Assembly: GCA_964010765.1 (NCBI GenBank)
Contig: CAXGMD010000047.1
Span: forward strand, 1-27,597
Source of the DNA: an uncultured bacterium
Lineage (GTDB): Bacteria; SAR324; NAC60-12
Direction of reading: 5' to 3'
DNA: 27,597 bases
Notes under the pieces: generated by a model
Seen by the model: only the letters and a program-made list of their open reading frames with translations
Told to the model about the DNA's origin: nothing
Databases searched by the model: none
Program-made: the position numbers and the translations under genes
In this document: positions 8,400 to 16,816 of the stretch, one piece after another
Position numbering within the stretch: the stretch's first letter is position 1
Layout of the letters: each line of letters opens with the position of its first letter

Positions 8400-9116
8400 A
8401 TGATTGATTACTACGAATTGTTGCAGGTGGCACCGACAGCTTCAACCGAGGAGGTTCGCAAGGCATTCCGAAGGCTCGCAAAGCAATACCATCCAGATTT
8501 GCAGCAACACAAATCCGAGGCAGACCAGCGGGAAGCACAACGCCGCTTCGTGCAACTGACTCAAGCCTACGAGACCCTGAGTCATTCAGCAAAACGTCAA
8601 GCCTACGACCTACAGTGGCGGAGAACCACTCAGCAGGCAAAACGCTCACAAACACACCAAAAAGCCTCCACAAACACAAGTTCTTCGCAGACTTGGAAGC
8701 GATCCTATGAGCGCCCAAGGGAGGATTTCACGGATTTTGCTGAAACCTCGCTGGAAGATTTACTGAAAGATGTGGAAGGATTGCTCAAACAATTTGGTGT
8801 TCAGCGAACCGATCCCTTGGAACTCCTGCTAGATTGGGCTCGTCGGGTCTATCGCGAAGTGATGGAAGCCTGGCATGAAGAGAACTCCTCTACTCATTCT
8901 ACTTCAGGCACAAAGCAATCTCGGTCGGGTGAGGAAACTCGCAGACCCAAAGAAGAAAAAGCTCAGGCCTATGATGATCCACGGGCAGATATCGAAGCCG
9001 AATTGGAACGTCTTAAGCGTTATCAGCGTACGAATCGCCAGCAGCCTCGTCGTCAAACAGCAGAAACGGATGTTCATGATGAATTGGAGCGCCTCAAGCG
9101 CAAGTACCGTCCCTGA
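8400..9116 (+). CDS. J-domain (DnaJ class III) protein
   Basis: MIDYYELLQV...VRKAFRRLAKQYHPD...QAYETLS...RQAYD J-domain with HPD motif; AAGGA SD at 8386-8390 supports ATG 8400 rather than 8298. Confidence 0.9.
   Translation: MIDYYELLQVAPTASTEEVRKAFRRLAKQYHPDLQQHKSEADQREAQRRFVQLTQAYETLSHSAKRQAYDLQWRRTTQQAKRSQTHQKASTNTSSSQTWKRSYERPREDFTDFAETSLEDLLKDVEGLLKQFGVQRTDPLELLLDWARRVYREVMEAWHEENSSTHSTSGTKQSRSGEETRRPKEEKAQAYDDPRADIEAELERLKRYQRTNRQQPRRQTAETDVHDELERLKRKYRP
9000..9100 (+). repeat. Degenerate 20-bp direct repeat encoding a duplicated ELERLKR motif
   Basis: GAATTGGAACGTCTTAAGCG (9000-9019) vs GAATTGGAGCGCCTCAAGCG (9081-9100): 17/20 identical, all three differences synonymous third positions. 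Confidence 0.8.
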
Positions 9117-9137
9117 AATCCCCCATGGAGAGATAGA

Positions 9138-10061
9138 ATGTCCGCCAGTCTGACTGTTGCCCGAATCGCAGTCCTGATTCCTTGTCTTAACGAAGAAGTG
9201 ACGATCAGCAAGGTGGTTCAGGATTTTCGCAAGGAATTGCCGGGAGCTACCATCTACGTCTTCGACAACAATAGTACGGATCGTACAGCTGAGCTTGCTG
9301 AGGCGGAAGGGGCCGTCGTTATTCCAGAGCGTAAGCGTGGAAAGGGCTACGTAATCGCCTCAATGTTCCGTAAGGTTGATGCAGATTACTATGTGATGGT
9401 GGATGGAGACGATACATATTCTGCGTTACATGTGCAGGCTTTGCTGCAGCCCCTACTGGATGGAGAAGCCGACATGACCGTGGCTACTCGCTTGAACGAG
9501 TACGAAGAAGAATCTTTCCGTCCACTCCATGTCTTTGGCAATAATTTGGTTCGCAGTTTGGTCAACTGGATCTTTAACAGTAATCTCGAAGACATCATGT
9601 CTGGTTATCGGGGTTTCAGTCGGGAACTGGTGCAGAATCTACCGGTATTGGCCAGCGGTTTTGAAGTGGAAACAGAAATGACGATTCGAGTGCTGGATTA
9701 TGGTTACACAATTCAGGAAGTAACAGTACCCTACCGAGAGCGCCCAGAAGGCTCGTTCTCCAAGCTGAATACTTTTCGAGATGGTTTTCGGGTATTGTAT
9801 CAGATCGCCAGTATCGCCAGATCCTACAAGCCGATCTTGTTTTTTGGGGTATTGGCTTTATTTTTTGGCCTGATCGGTCTGATTGCGGGTGGAGAAGTGA
9901 TTGTTGACTATGCAGTGGATGGCTACGTGAACAAGGTTCCAACAGCGATTCTAGCGGTGGGTTGTATGCTCCTCTGTTTTGGTAGCATTGGCATTGGTGC
10001 GATCCTCGATACACTCAATGCCCGTTTCCGTGAAGTGCTACGTTTGCTACAGCGCAAATGA
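9138..10061 (+). CDS. Glycosyltransferase family 2, DPM1/GtrB/ArnC-like polyprenol-phosphate glycosyltransferase with two C-terminal TM helices
   Basis: LIPCLNEE, VFDNNSTDRT, GKG, MVDGDDTY, DIMSGYRGF, FEVETEM, SKLNTFRDG; GGAGAG SD. Confidence 0.92.
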   Translation: MSASLTVARIAVLIPCLNEEVTISKVVQDFRKELPGATIYVFDNNSTDRTAELAEAEGAVVIPERKRGKGYVIASMFRKVDADYYVMVDGDDTYSALHVQALLQPLLDGEADMTVATRLNEYEEESFRPLHVFGNNLVRSLVNWIFNSNLEDIMSGYRGFSRELVQNLPVLASGFEVETEMTIRVLDYGYTIQEVTVPYRERPEGSFSKLNTFRDGFRVLYQIASIARSYKPILFFGVLALFFGLIGLIAGGEVIVDYAVDGYVNKVPTAILAVGCMLLCFGSIGIGAILDTLNARFREVLRLLQRK

Positions 10062-10085
10062 GCTAGTTTCTGGCGCACGTGTTGC

Positions 10086-10712
10086 TTAGAAGGTCCACGT
10101 GTAGGCTAGGCGAAATCCGGTAGGATCGACCAAGGCAACAGGCCCAACAGGCAGTTCATTTTGAGCTCCTTGTGGCCGCGGTGCCGCAGGGTTCCAGACA
10201 GAGCGAGAGCCAATCAGAGCTCCAATCAAGCCCCCGACCACGGTGCTGGTACCGATCGTACGAAACTGCTCACGACTGGTTCCTGGACGCAGAAAAGTGA
10301 ACCAGCCCCCAAGCATCAGGCCTGTTCCAGCGCCATAGGCAACGTTGCCAACGAGGTTGCGACGCTCACTGTCAGCAATTTGCCGCTGTGCCAGCAAGTC
10401 AAAGCGTAAAGCACTTTCGGAGTCGTCAGAAAATGTGCCTTCATCGAGGTATTGTTCATCTTGCTGGACAGGCTCTTCAAAAGGATCGCCTTCTGGAACG
10501 GGCTCGGTCGCAAGAGGATCTTCCATGGTTGGCTCCAGCTCAAAATCCTGCTGTAATAGCGGATCGTTGGCCATGTCCTGATAAGGATCATCGAAAAATG
10601 CCTCTTCGTCGGCAGATCGAAATTCACCAAATGGGTCTTGCTGGGCCATTGCTGACCAAGGATTGAACGTAAGCAGCAGCAGGCAAAGCCAAATGGAAAG
10701 GTGTGAACGCAT
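10086..10712 (-). CDS. Hypothetical exported protein: signal peptide, acidic linker, glycine-zipper hairpin, C-terminal aromatic strand (paralogue A)
   Basis: AGGA SD before ATG 10712; signal MRSHLSIWLCLLLLTFNPWSAMA; D/E/P-rich region; GxxxG arrays; ends FRLAYTWTF. Confidence 0.75.
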   Translation of the reverse strand: MRSHLSIWLCLLLLTFNPWSAMAQQDPFGEFRSADEEAFFDDPYQDMANDPLLQQDFELEPTMEDPLATEPVPEGDPFEEPVQQDEQYLDEGTFSDDSESALRFDLLAQRQIADSERRNLVGNVAYGAGTGLMLGGWFTFLRPGTSREQFRTIGTSTVVGGLIGALIGSRSVWNPAAPRPQGAQNELPVGPVALVDPTGFRLAYTWTF

Positions 10713-10840
10713 GCCGGATTCCTGAACAGCAGGGTTTGGAAGATGTTGCCTTGAAATGGATGCAAAACCCATTCACTCTCTGCACCAGACACAACCGGGT
10801 TCTGCTGGAAAACTCCAGCCTTTTGAAGAATATTGAGAAC

Positions 10841-11248
10841 ATGGATACGCTTATGCGACGTTTTTGGCCGGCGGTGCTGCTATTGATCTTTAGCCTCGGA
10901 ACCCCAAAAATCCAGGCTCAGGAAACAGGTCCACTGCTGATGCAACAGGAACTGGGCTATACGTTGGCTGGTACAGTAGCCGGTGTTGGACTAGGCGTTC
11001 TTGTCTGGTTCATGGACCCACTTAATCCAGATGTGACACTGCGTGATACTACAGTAGATGGACTAATTGTCGGTACACTTCTCGGTTCCATGTTCGGTTT
11101 TTACATACTACAGAATGCGTTGGTGGAGCCCCGTACCAATTCACTACCTAGTGGTCTTGAAGATCTGCTGGGACAATCGAAGAGAGATCAATTGCCCAGC
11201 CCGGTTGCCCACGCTGGCCTGACCATTCCCATGACTTGGAAGTTTTAA
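10841..11248 (+). CDS. Hypothetical exported glycine-zipper protein (paralogue B)
   Basis: Start ATG 10841 or 10853; signal MRRFWPAVLLLIFSLGTPKIQA; GTVAGVGLG and GLIVGTLLGSMFG; ends LTIPMTWKF. Confidence 0.75.
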   Translation: MDTLMRRFWPAVLLLIFSLGTPKIQAQETGPLLMQQELGYTLAGTVAGVGLGVLVWFMDPLNPDVTLRDTTVDGLIVGTLLGSMFGFYILQNALVEPRTNSLPSGLEDLLGQSKRDQLPSPVAHAGLTIPMTWKF

Positions 11249-11259
11249 GGAGGCCTCCC

Positions 11260-11739
11260 ATGAGCAAGTGCACCCGAGTGATCGCAATCTTTTTGCTACT
11301 TGCCTGCCTGTCCCAGCCAGTTGCCTGGGCTCAGCAGGCTCAAGAAGGTCCTGGCATTGAAAACTTTTTGGATGGAGCAAATGGGGGCCGTGGCCCCGTA
11401 ATGCAGTCGGTCTTCTGGAACACTCTCTATGGTTCTCTCTGGGGAGCTGCGATCGGAATATCCTATCACTTTCTCTCTGGAGCCGCATTTCGAGAATCAA
11501 TTTCGGGAAGTATGACCATCGGGGGGTTGATGGGCTATGGTCTTGGCCTCTATCTGGTCATCAATGGCTTCAGTTTTAACCAAAATCTGATGCCAGTGCT
11601 GCCAAAGCCAAATTTTGGGCCACCAACCGATACCCAGACTCAAGTACAGAACGAACAACCTACCGATCCCTTGGCTTTCTGGGCGGCTCCTTCAGAAGAT
11701 GGCCAGTCCTGGCAGGCTGGTTTACAGTTGCGTTTCTGA
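11260..11739 (+). CDS. Hypothetical exported glycine-zipper protein (paralogue C)
   Basis: AAGGAGG SD just upstream of ATG 11260; signal ...LLLACLSQPVAWA; YGSLWGAAIG and GGLMGYGLG; ends WQAGLQLRF. Confidence 0.78.
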   Translation: MSKCTRVIAIFLLLACLSQPVAWAQQAQEGPGIENFLDGANGGRGPVMQSVFWNTLYGSLWGAAIGISYHFLSGAAFRESISGSMTIGGLMGYGLGLYLVINGFSFNQNLMPVLPKPNFGPPTDTQTQVQNEQPTDPLAFWAAPSEDGQSWQAGLQLRF

Positions 11740-11759
11740 AAGGCTTACACTGAGTTCCA

Positions 11760-12329
11760 ATGACCGGATCACGTGTCCGAGCCTTACTATTGGCCCACTG
11801 GCAAGAGTCCTTGCTATTACTACTGCTGGGCCCCCTTGCCTTGTATTTTTCTCTCTCCAACTCCACCTCTGAATCGCTACCACTGCTGCCCTTGCCGGAG
11901 AGTCAGGTGCTGCAGTTGGAGCAGATTACTCTGCAGGATTATCAAAAAGACTTCAAACGTTGGACCTTAACGGGCCTTCGAGCTTTGATGGCTGAGGATA
12001 GTTCGATCATGAATGTGGAGCAACCTCGATTGCGCCTGCATCCTAGTCCTGAAACGCTACCATTCACAGACACACTAGTACGTGCCAACGAAGCTTTGAT
12101 CGACTGGCGGCAGCAGTTGGTGGAAATTCGTGGTGAGGTCGAGGTAGAACGCGATGGCAAACTATATTTGCAGGCAGAGCGCGCTATATACGATTTACAG
12201 ACAGAAATACTACAGATGCCGGGAGCCGTACAGATGATCTGGCAGGGTAGCGATGTCGATGGTGCAGATCTGCGCTACGAACTGAAGACCGGATTGGTTG
12301 AACTCCGTGGTGTGCATTATCAGCGTTGA
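11760..12329 (+). CDS. lptC: LPS export periplasmic protein LptC-like (single TM plus beta-jellyroll)
   Basis: One N-terminal TM followed by LptC/OstA-like strands: WTLTGLRA, EQPRLRL, VRANEA, VEIRGEVEV, LQAERAIYD, GADLRYELKTG; 189 aa. Confidence 0.7.
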   Translation: MTGSRVRALLLAHWQESLLLLLLGPLALYFSLSNSTSESLPLLPLPESQVLQLEQITLQDYQKDFKRWTLTGLRALMAEDSSIMNVEQPRLRLHPSPETLPFTDTLVRANEALIDWRQQLVEIRGEVEVERDGKLYLQAERAIYDLQTEILQMPGAVQMIWQGSDVDGADLRYELKTGLVELRGVHYQR

Positions 12330-12409
12330 TTGACTTTCCAGCTTCAGTATGCGCTTGAGGCAGGAAGATAGGCTTTTTCGTAATTCTGGAATGCAGGCTA
12401 AAGAAGGTA

Positions 12410-13687
12410 ATGAGTGATTTTTATAGTTCACAGGAACTTGAACAGCTAGCACAACGGGGAGTCCGGGTTCTGTTTCCGGAACAGACCGCGATCCGTCGTG
12501 ATGTGGATCTTCAGCAAATAGAGTCAGGGGCTGTGCTACACCCAGGTACTCGCCTGCAGGGTCAGTCTACTCGAGTACTGGTAGGAGCCGAGATCGGCCC
12601 TGGAGGCTATGTGTTCTTAGAAGATAGTGTGGTTGGCCCGGGCGCAATCGTAGGTGCTCAAGGACCGGTTTCCTTGAGGCAAAGCTGGGTTGGGCCACAA
12701 ACGATCCTCGGCATGGGTGTCGCAGAGGAGGCCGTTTTTCTTGGAAGAGAACACTCTGGAGCACCTCCCACCACAGGTGTGGGATTTCGAGTTCGCAAGG
12801 GAAGTCTCTACGAAGAAGGTGCTTGTTCAGGTCAACACACTGACACTAAGATGACCCTGCTGATGCCGTGGGTGACTCTGGGGAGCAACATCAACTTCTG
12901 TGATGCCCTGCTCGCTGGGGGAACTGGTGATCCACCAGGTCAATTCAGTGAGGTTGGTAGTGGGACAATCCATTTCAACTTTACCATCCGAGGTGATAAA
13001 GCAACAGCCTCCCTATTAGGAAACGTCTGTGAAGGTGTTTTCCTGCGTTCAGAGCGCCTTTTTATTGGAGGAAATTGTAGTTTATTGGGTCCACTGTTAT
13101 CAGAGTTTGGAACCTTTTCCGCAGCAGGAGCGCGTCTTTCTGGACAGTTAGCTTCGGGCCTGAATCTGGGTACCGCTCATTTGTCTGGACACAAGAACTA
13201 TGATCCTCGTTGTTTCCCGAATTTACGTTGGATTGTGTCAACTCAACTGCAATTCTTTGGTGAATTGGTTGCTCTTTTTCATTGGTACGATCAAGTTCGT
13301 GTTCGGATGGCGAGGGATGCTTTTCAAGAGAGCCTCTATCGCCAAGGTCAGTACATCGTTCAACGCAACCTGGAAGAGCGGCTTGCACAAATGCAGCTGT
13401 TGACAGAACTGGTAGCGGAGAATCAATCACACAGTGAGCAGGTTTTGCCAGAAACTAAGCTAAAAGATCAGCGTGCTTGGTTGCAAAACTGGAAACGAAG
13501 AAAAGAGCAATTACAAAGCTACGCTTCTACCCCAAGGTTGGCACCTGAGAGTTTGCTCCGAGAGTTGATGGATGCTGAAGGAACCTACACGAGAAGAATT
13601 CAGCAACTATCCCCAGTAACCGCAGAGGCAGGACAACGATGGCTTGAGGGCATCGCAAAACCATTTTGTGAAGGAGGATTGGGATGA
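12410..13687 (+). CDS. GlmU-like left-handed beta-helix acetyltransferase lacking the N-terminal uridyltransferase domain
   Basis: Begins at the GlmU linker-like EQLAQRGVRVLFPEQT; hexapeptide repeats; TLGSNINFCDALLAGG and SEVGSGTIHFNF...DK resembling GlmU IGAGTITCNYDG..K; no LAAGxGxRM motif. Confidence 0.68.
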   Translation: MSDFYSSQELEQLAQRGVRVLFPEQTAIRRDVDLQQIESGAVLHPGTRLQGQSTRVLVGAEIGPGGYVFLEDSVVGPGAIVGAQGPVSLRQSWVGPQTILGMGVAEEAVFLGREHSGAPPTTGVGFRVRKGSLYEEGACSGQHTDTKMTLLMPWVTLGSNINFCDALLAGGTGDPPGQFSEVGSGTIHFNFTIRGDKATASLLGNVCEGVFLRSERLFIGGNCSLLGPLLSEFGTFSAAGARLSGQLASGLNLGTAHLSGHKNYDPRCFPNLRWIVSTQLQFFGELVALFHWYDQVRVRMARDAFQESLYRQGQYIVQRNLEERLAQMQLLTELVAENQSHSEQVLPETKLKDQRAWLQNWKRRKEQLQSYASTPRLAPESLLRELMDAEGTYTRRIQQLSPVTAEAGQRWLEGIAKPFCEGGLG

Positions 13688-14085
13688 ATCATCCAGCAAG
13701 CAAGTGGCTCTTGGCCATTGGCGCATTGTTTGGAGTTCTTGCGGTCCTGAGTGGCTCGATGGGATCTCACATGCTGCGTGGCCAATTAGAGGAGTTCAAC
13801 GGCACTGCGAATTTTATCTTGGCCTCAAACTATCTTTTCTACCACGCAGGAGGCTTGCTCTTCACAGGTTTGCTCTTGGAGCGTTTGGAACGGCGAGGAT
13901 TTTTGTATGTGGGAATCTTTTTCATAGTGGGTAGTTTCCTTTTCTGTGGAAGTCTTTTTACCTACAGCTTAACTGGTTTGCGTGGTGTGACCGCTATGGC
14001 CCCAATTGGTGGAGTGAACTTGATTCTTGGATGGCTGACACTAGTGGTGACCTGCGTACGCTTGCCTTCTTCCAAAAAACGCTAA
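13684..14085 (+). CDS. DUF423 (YgdD/TMEM256-like) small membrane protein
   Basis: GSMGSH (GAFGAH-like), YLFYHA, GSFLFCGSLF, APIGG...ILGW; four TMs; ATGA overlap with the upstream gene. Confidence 0.88.
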   Translation: MNHPASKWLLAIGALFGVLAVLSGSMGSHMLRGQLEEFNGTANFILASNYLFYHAGGLLFTGLLLERLERRGFLYVGIFFIVGSFLFCGSLFTYSLTGLRGVTAMAPIGGVNLILGWLTLVVTCVRLPSSKKR

Positions 14086-14098
14086 ATGGAGGATGCCT

Positions 14099-16303
14099 AT
14101 GTATCTGCACTGGCTCTCCAGAATTCATCTACGAAAGAGCTGGATTATAAATATTGTTCAGCTGCTGGTTGGATCGTTTTTTCTGCTGAACACAAGCCTA
14201 TTGACTGCTCAGGAACTCCGCTGGAAACCGTACAAGGGTAAGCCACTGGTGTTGGAAGGCTCAATTTCTTTGAAAGACACCCTCCAACAGTTGGTTCAAG
14301 AGTATGCCGAATCTCCACCACCACTGCGAATTTATGATGAGATCCCTGAAAAACTTACCGATGGTCGTCGCGAAGCTGTCCGCCCAGAACTACTGTTTGA
14401 ACTGCTCCTGCGGGAGCAAGGCTTAACAGCGATTCGGAAGCAACGCGAGTGGCTCATTCTACCAGACCGTCAAGTCTGGCGAGAACGTCCCTTCCGCAGA
14501 AAAATCTCGAGCCCCATTCCACTGTCAGAACTCCTTGTTGACTTGGCAGATTGGGGAAAAGTTCCCCTACGCTATGATGCCGAATCTCTACCGCCTACCC
14601 TCAAGATTACAGAAAATCTTCGATTTGATTCAGTAGCCCAAGCCTTTGAACAGTTGGCTCCTCGCTATGATGCTGAATGGAACTACGATAAGGATACATA
14701 TCTGATCAGTTGGCAGGCGCGTGAGCCAGAGGATCTGCTAGCAATTCCTCTTATCCTGGCTCCAGCCGATGCTGCAGCTGACTTTTTAGAGCAACTTCCT
14801 CCTAGTACCCGCACTTCAGTCACGGTCGACATCACAAGTCCTTGATTACTGTTGCTGAGAGGACGGCTTAGCGAACTGAGGCGACTTGAACAGTTGGTAC
14901 AGCAATTTGATCAGACCTGGCAAGTGGAAGAGGCAGAGTCTGCAGGGCCAAATGTGAGTGTCAGTACAACAGAATCTGTAGCTGTGAGAGAAGAAATTAC
15001 AGACACAGAACAGCTACCAACCACCGCAGCGATGGTACTGGAATGGCTCCCTGACGATGTTCTCAAGCAACAGCTGGAGAGTCTCCGTTCTGGGCCAACT
15101 GTCTTGCAGGAAGTCGATGTGTTCTGGGAGGTGGGCCAGCGCCCAATTTCGCTCTGGATGGAAGGGCCAGCTGAGGGAATTGCGTTGCTAAGTGCCACTC
15201 TTGAAAAGCTGGAGCAAGCTACTGCAAAACAAATGGCTGGAGAATCTTTAGTGTCAAAGGTGGCAGTCCCCAACATGCTGATGAGACCGAAACAGGAATT
15301 CAGGCGTTTTACACTGCGCTATCTGTCTGTGGGTTCTCGGATGATCACGGCAGAAGGACAGCAAATTACGTTACCCAGCACAGAAGACCAACTGCGAGAG
15401 TTTTTCCAGCAAGCCCCTGATTTTGCAGAGACTCAACCCCAACCGTTGATCTTGCCAGATCGCCAGAACAATGCCTTACTGATTCGAGGAACTGAAACAC
15501 AGGTACAACTGGTGGAAGAACTGCTTGTGTTGTGGGATCAGCCGAGCCCTTTGATTCGTATCGAAGCACATATTTTTGAAACTACAGAGAAGATTTCTCG
15601 GGAATTGGGGCTACGCTGGCGGGGCACTGGCGTTTCTGCTGATGGGGTACGCGCTTTGGAAGGCCCAGACTTTGGTCTGAGTTGGACAGCGGGTCCTTTC
15701 GATACCAGTCGTGGTGTTCGCATTGACGCGATGCTGCGCATGCTGCAAGAGCAGGGAGAAGGTCGGGTGCTCTCGCGTCCTGTCGTGGTTACACTGAATG
15801 GTCTTGAGGCAGAGATGAGCAGTGGCTCATTGCTGAGTGTGCGTTTGGTAAGTGATACGGACGCAAAACTACAGCAGATTCAGACTGGTGTAACGCTAAG
15901 GGTCACTCCGCGTTGGATTGAACCTCTAGACTCTGGTCAGGACGGTCAGGTGCAGGTCAGTATCCACGCAGAAACAAGCACGCCGCTGCAGGACAATGCG
16001 ATTGATGGCATTCCCCAGATCAACAGTCAGAAAGGCAGAAGTTCCTTGATGGTCTCTAATGGTCAACCCATTTTGATGGGAGGAATGATTCGCCAGCAAA
16101 GCTCTAACAGTACGCAGGGTGTCCCTTTGTTTCAGGATCTACCACTGCTGGGCCCGCTCTTTGGACTGAGAGATGATCAACAAGTGTTTGATCATGTGCT
16201 GGTCTTTGTCATCCCCACGCTTTTAGACGATGTGGCTCCTTTGAGCCTACCCAGCTTACCGGAGTTGACACCGGAGCGAGCCAGTGAATTGCTGGAACCC
16301 TGA
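14099..16303 (+). pseudogene. Outer-membrane secretin, SctC/YscC-like, interrupted by an in-frame TGA at 14843-14845 (nonsense mutation, sequencing error or readthrough)
   Basis: Track ORFs 14093-14845 and 14852-16303 share a frame and are separated by TGA-TTA-CTG. The joined text VTVDITSP*LLLLRGRLSELRRLEQLVQQFD is one Secretin_N repeat. Secretin C domain: IRIEAHIFE...RELGLRW, GRVLSRPVVVTLNG, GVTLRVTPR, GVPLFQDLPLLGPLF. GGAGG SD fits ATG 14099. Confidence 0.8.
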
Positions 16304-16410
16304 GATTTCTGAAGCGTACTGAGAAATTCAGAGATTGCAGCCGGTGTCTTGACTAGGGTATGAATGATGGAAACCTTTTGTAACTAAGAATCTCTCTTGC
16401 ACAATCATCC

Positions 16411-16815
16411 ATGACCGAACAACCCTTCGATTCTGAAGTTTACCTGGGCCGCAAGCGTCGGGAGAGAATCTTGAGTTGGGGTTCGATGATTCTTGGGTCA
16501 TTGATCTTACTAGATAGTGGAGCCCCAATTCCTTTTCCGCTAGTTGGTCTCCCCTCTATTCTAGTTGGTGGTGCCTTGTTCGGCTTTGGGTACTACCAAT
16601 ATGGCATCTATCGCCAGTTACCACTGCATGAGGCTGTCCAACTAGCACGTAGTCAAAGTGGAGAGTTGAGCCGAACGGATTTGTTCCTTCAGTTGCGCCT
16701 GACTGCCAAGCAAACCGACGAAATCTTGCATGAATTGGTCAGCGCAGGACTACTTGAACCTGTCAGTCCTGACCTACCAGCCGAACAGGAGATGCGCTAC
16801 CGTTTACTTAAGTAA
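16411..16815 (+). CDS. Hypothetical membrane protein, two TMs plus a C-terminal winged-helix-like domain
   Basis: Two hydrophobic segments, then AVQLARSQSGELSRTDLFLQLRLTAKQTDEILHELVSAGLLE; stop is 1 nt before the lpxK ATG. Confidence 0.7.
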   Translation: MTEQPFDSEVYLGRKRRERILSWGSMILGSLILLDSGAPIPFPLVGLPSILVGGALFGFGYYQYGIYRQLPLHEAVQLARSQSGELSRTDLFLQLRLTAKQTDEILHELVSAGLLEPVSPDLPAEQEMRYRLLK

Positions 16816-16816
16816 G

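Noticed and set aside
14843..14845. Genome-wide TGA recoding (Trp/Gly) or selenocysteine
   Set aside because: Many conserved genes here end properly in TGA (flgG, def, flgA) with no other internal TGA. The site is not an expected Cys position, so Sec is kept only as a remote possibility.
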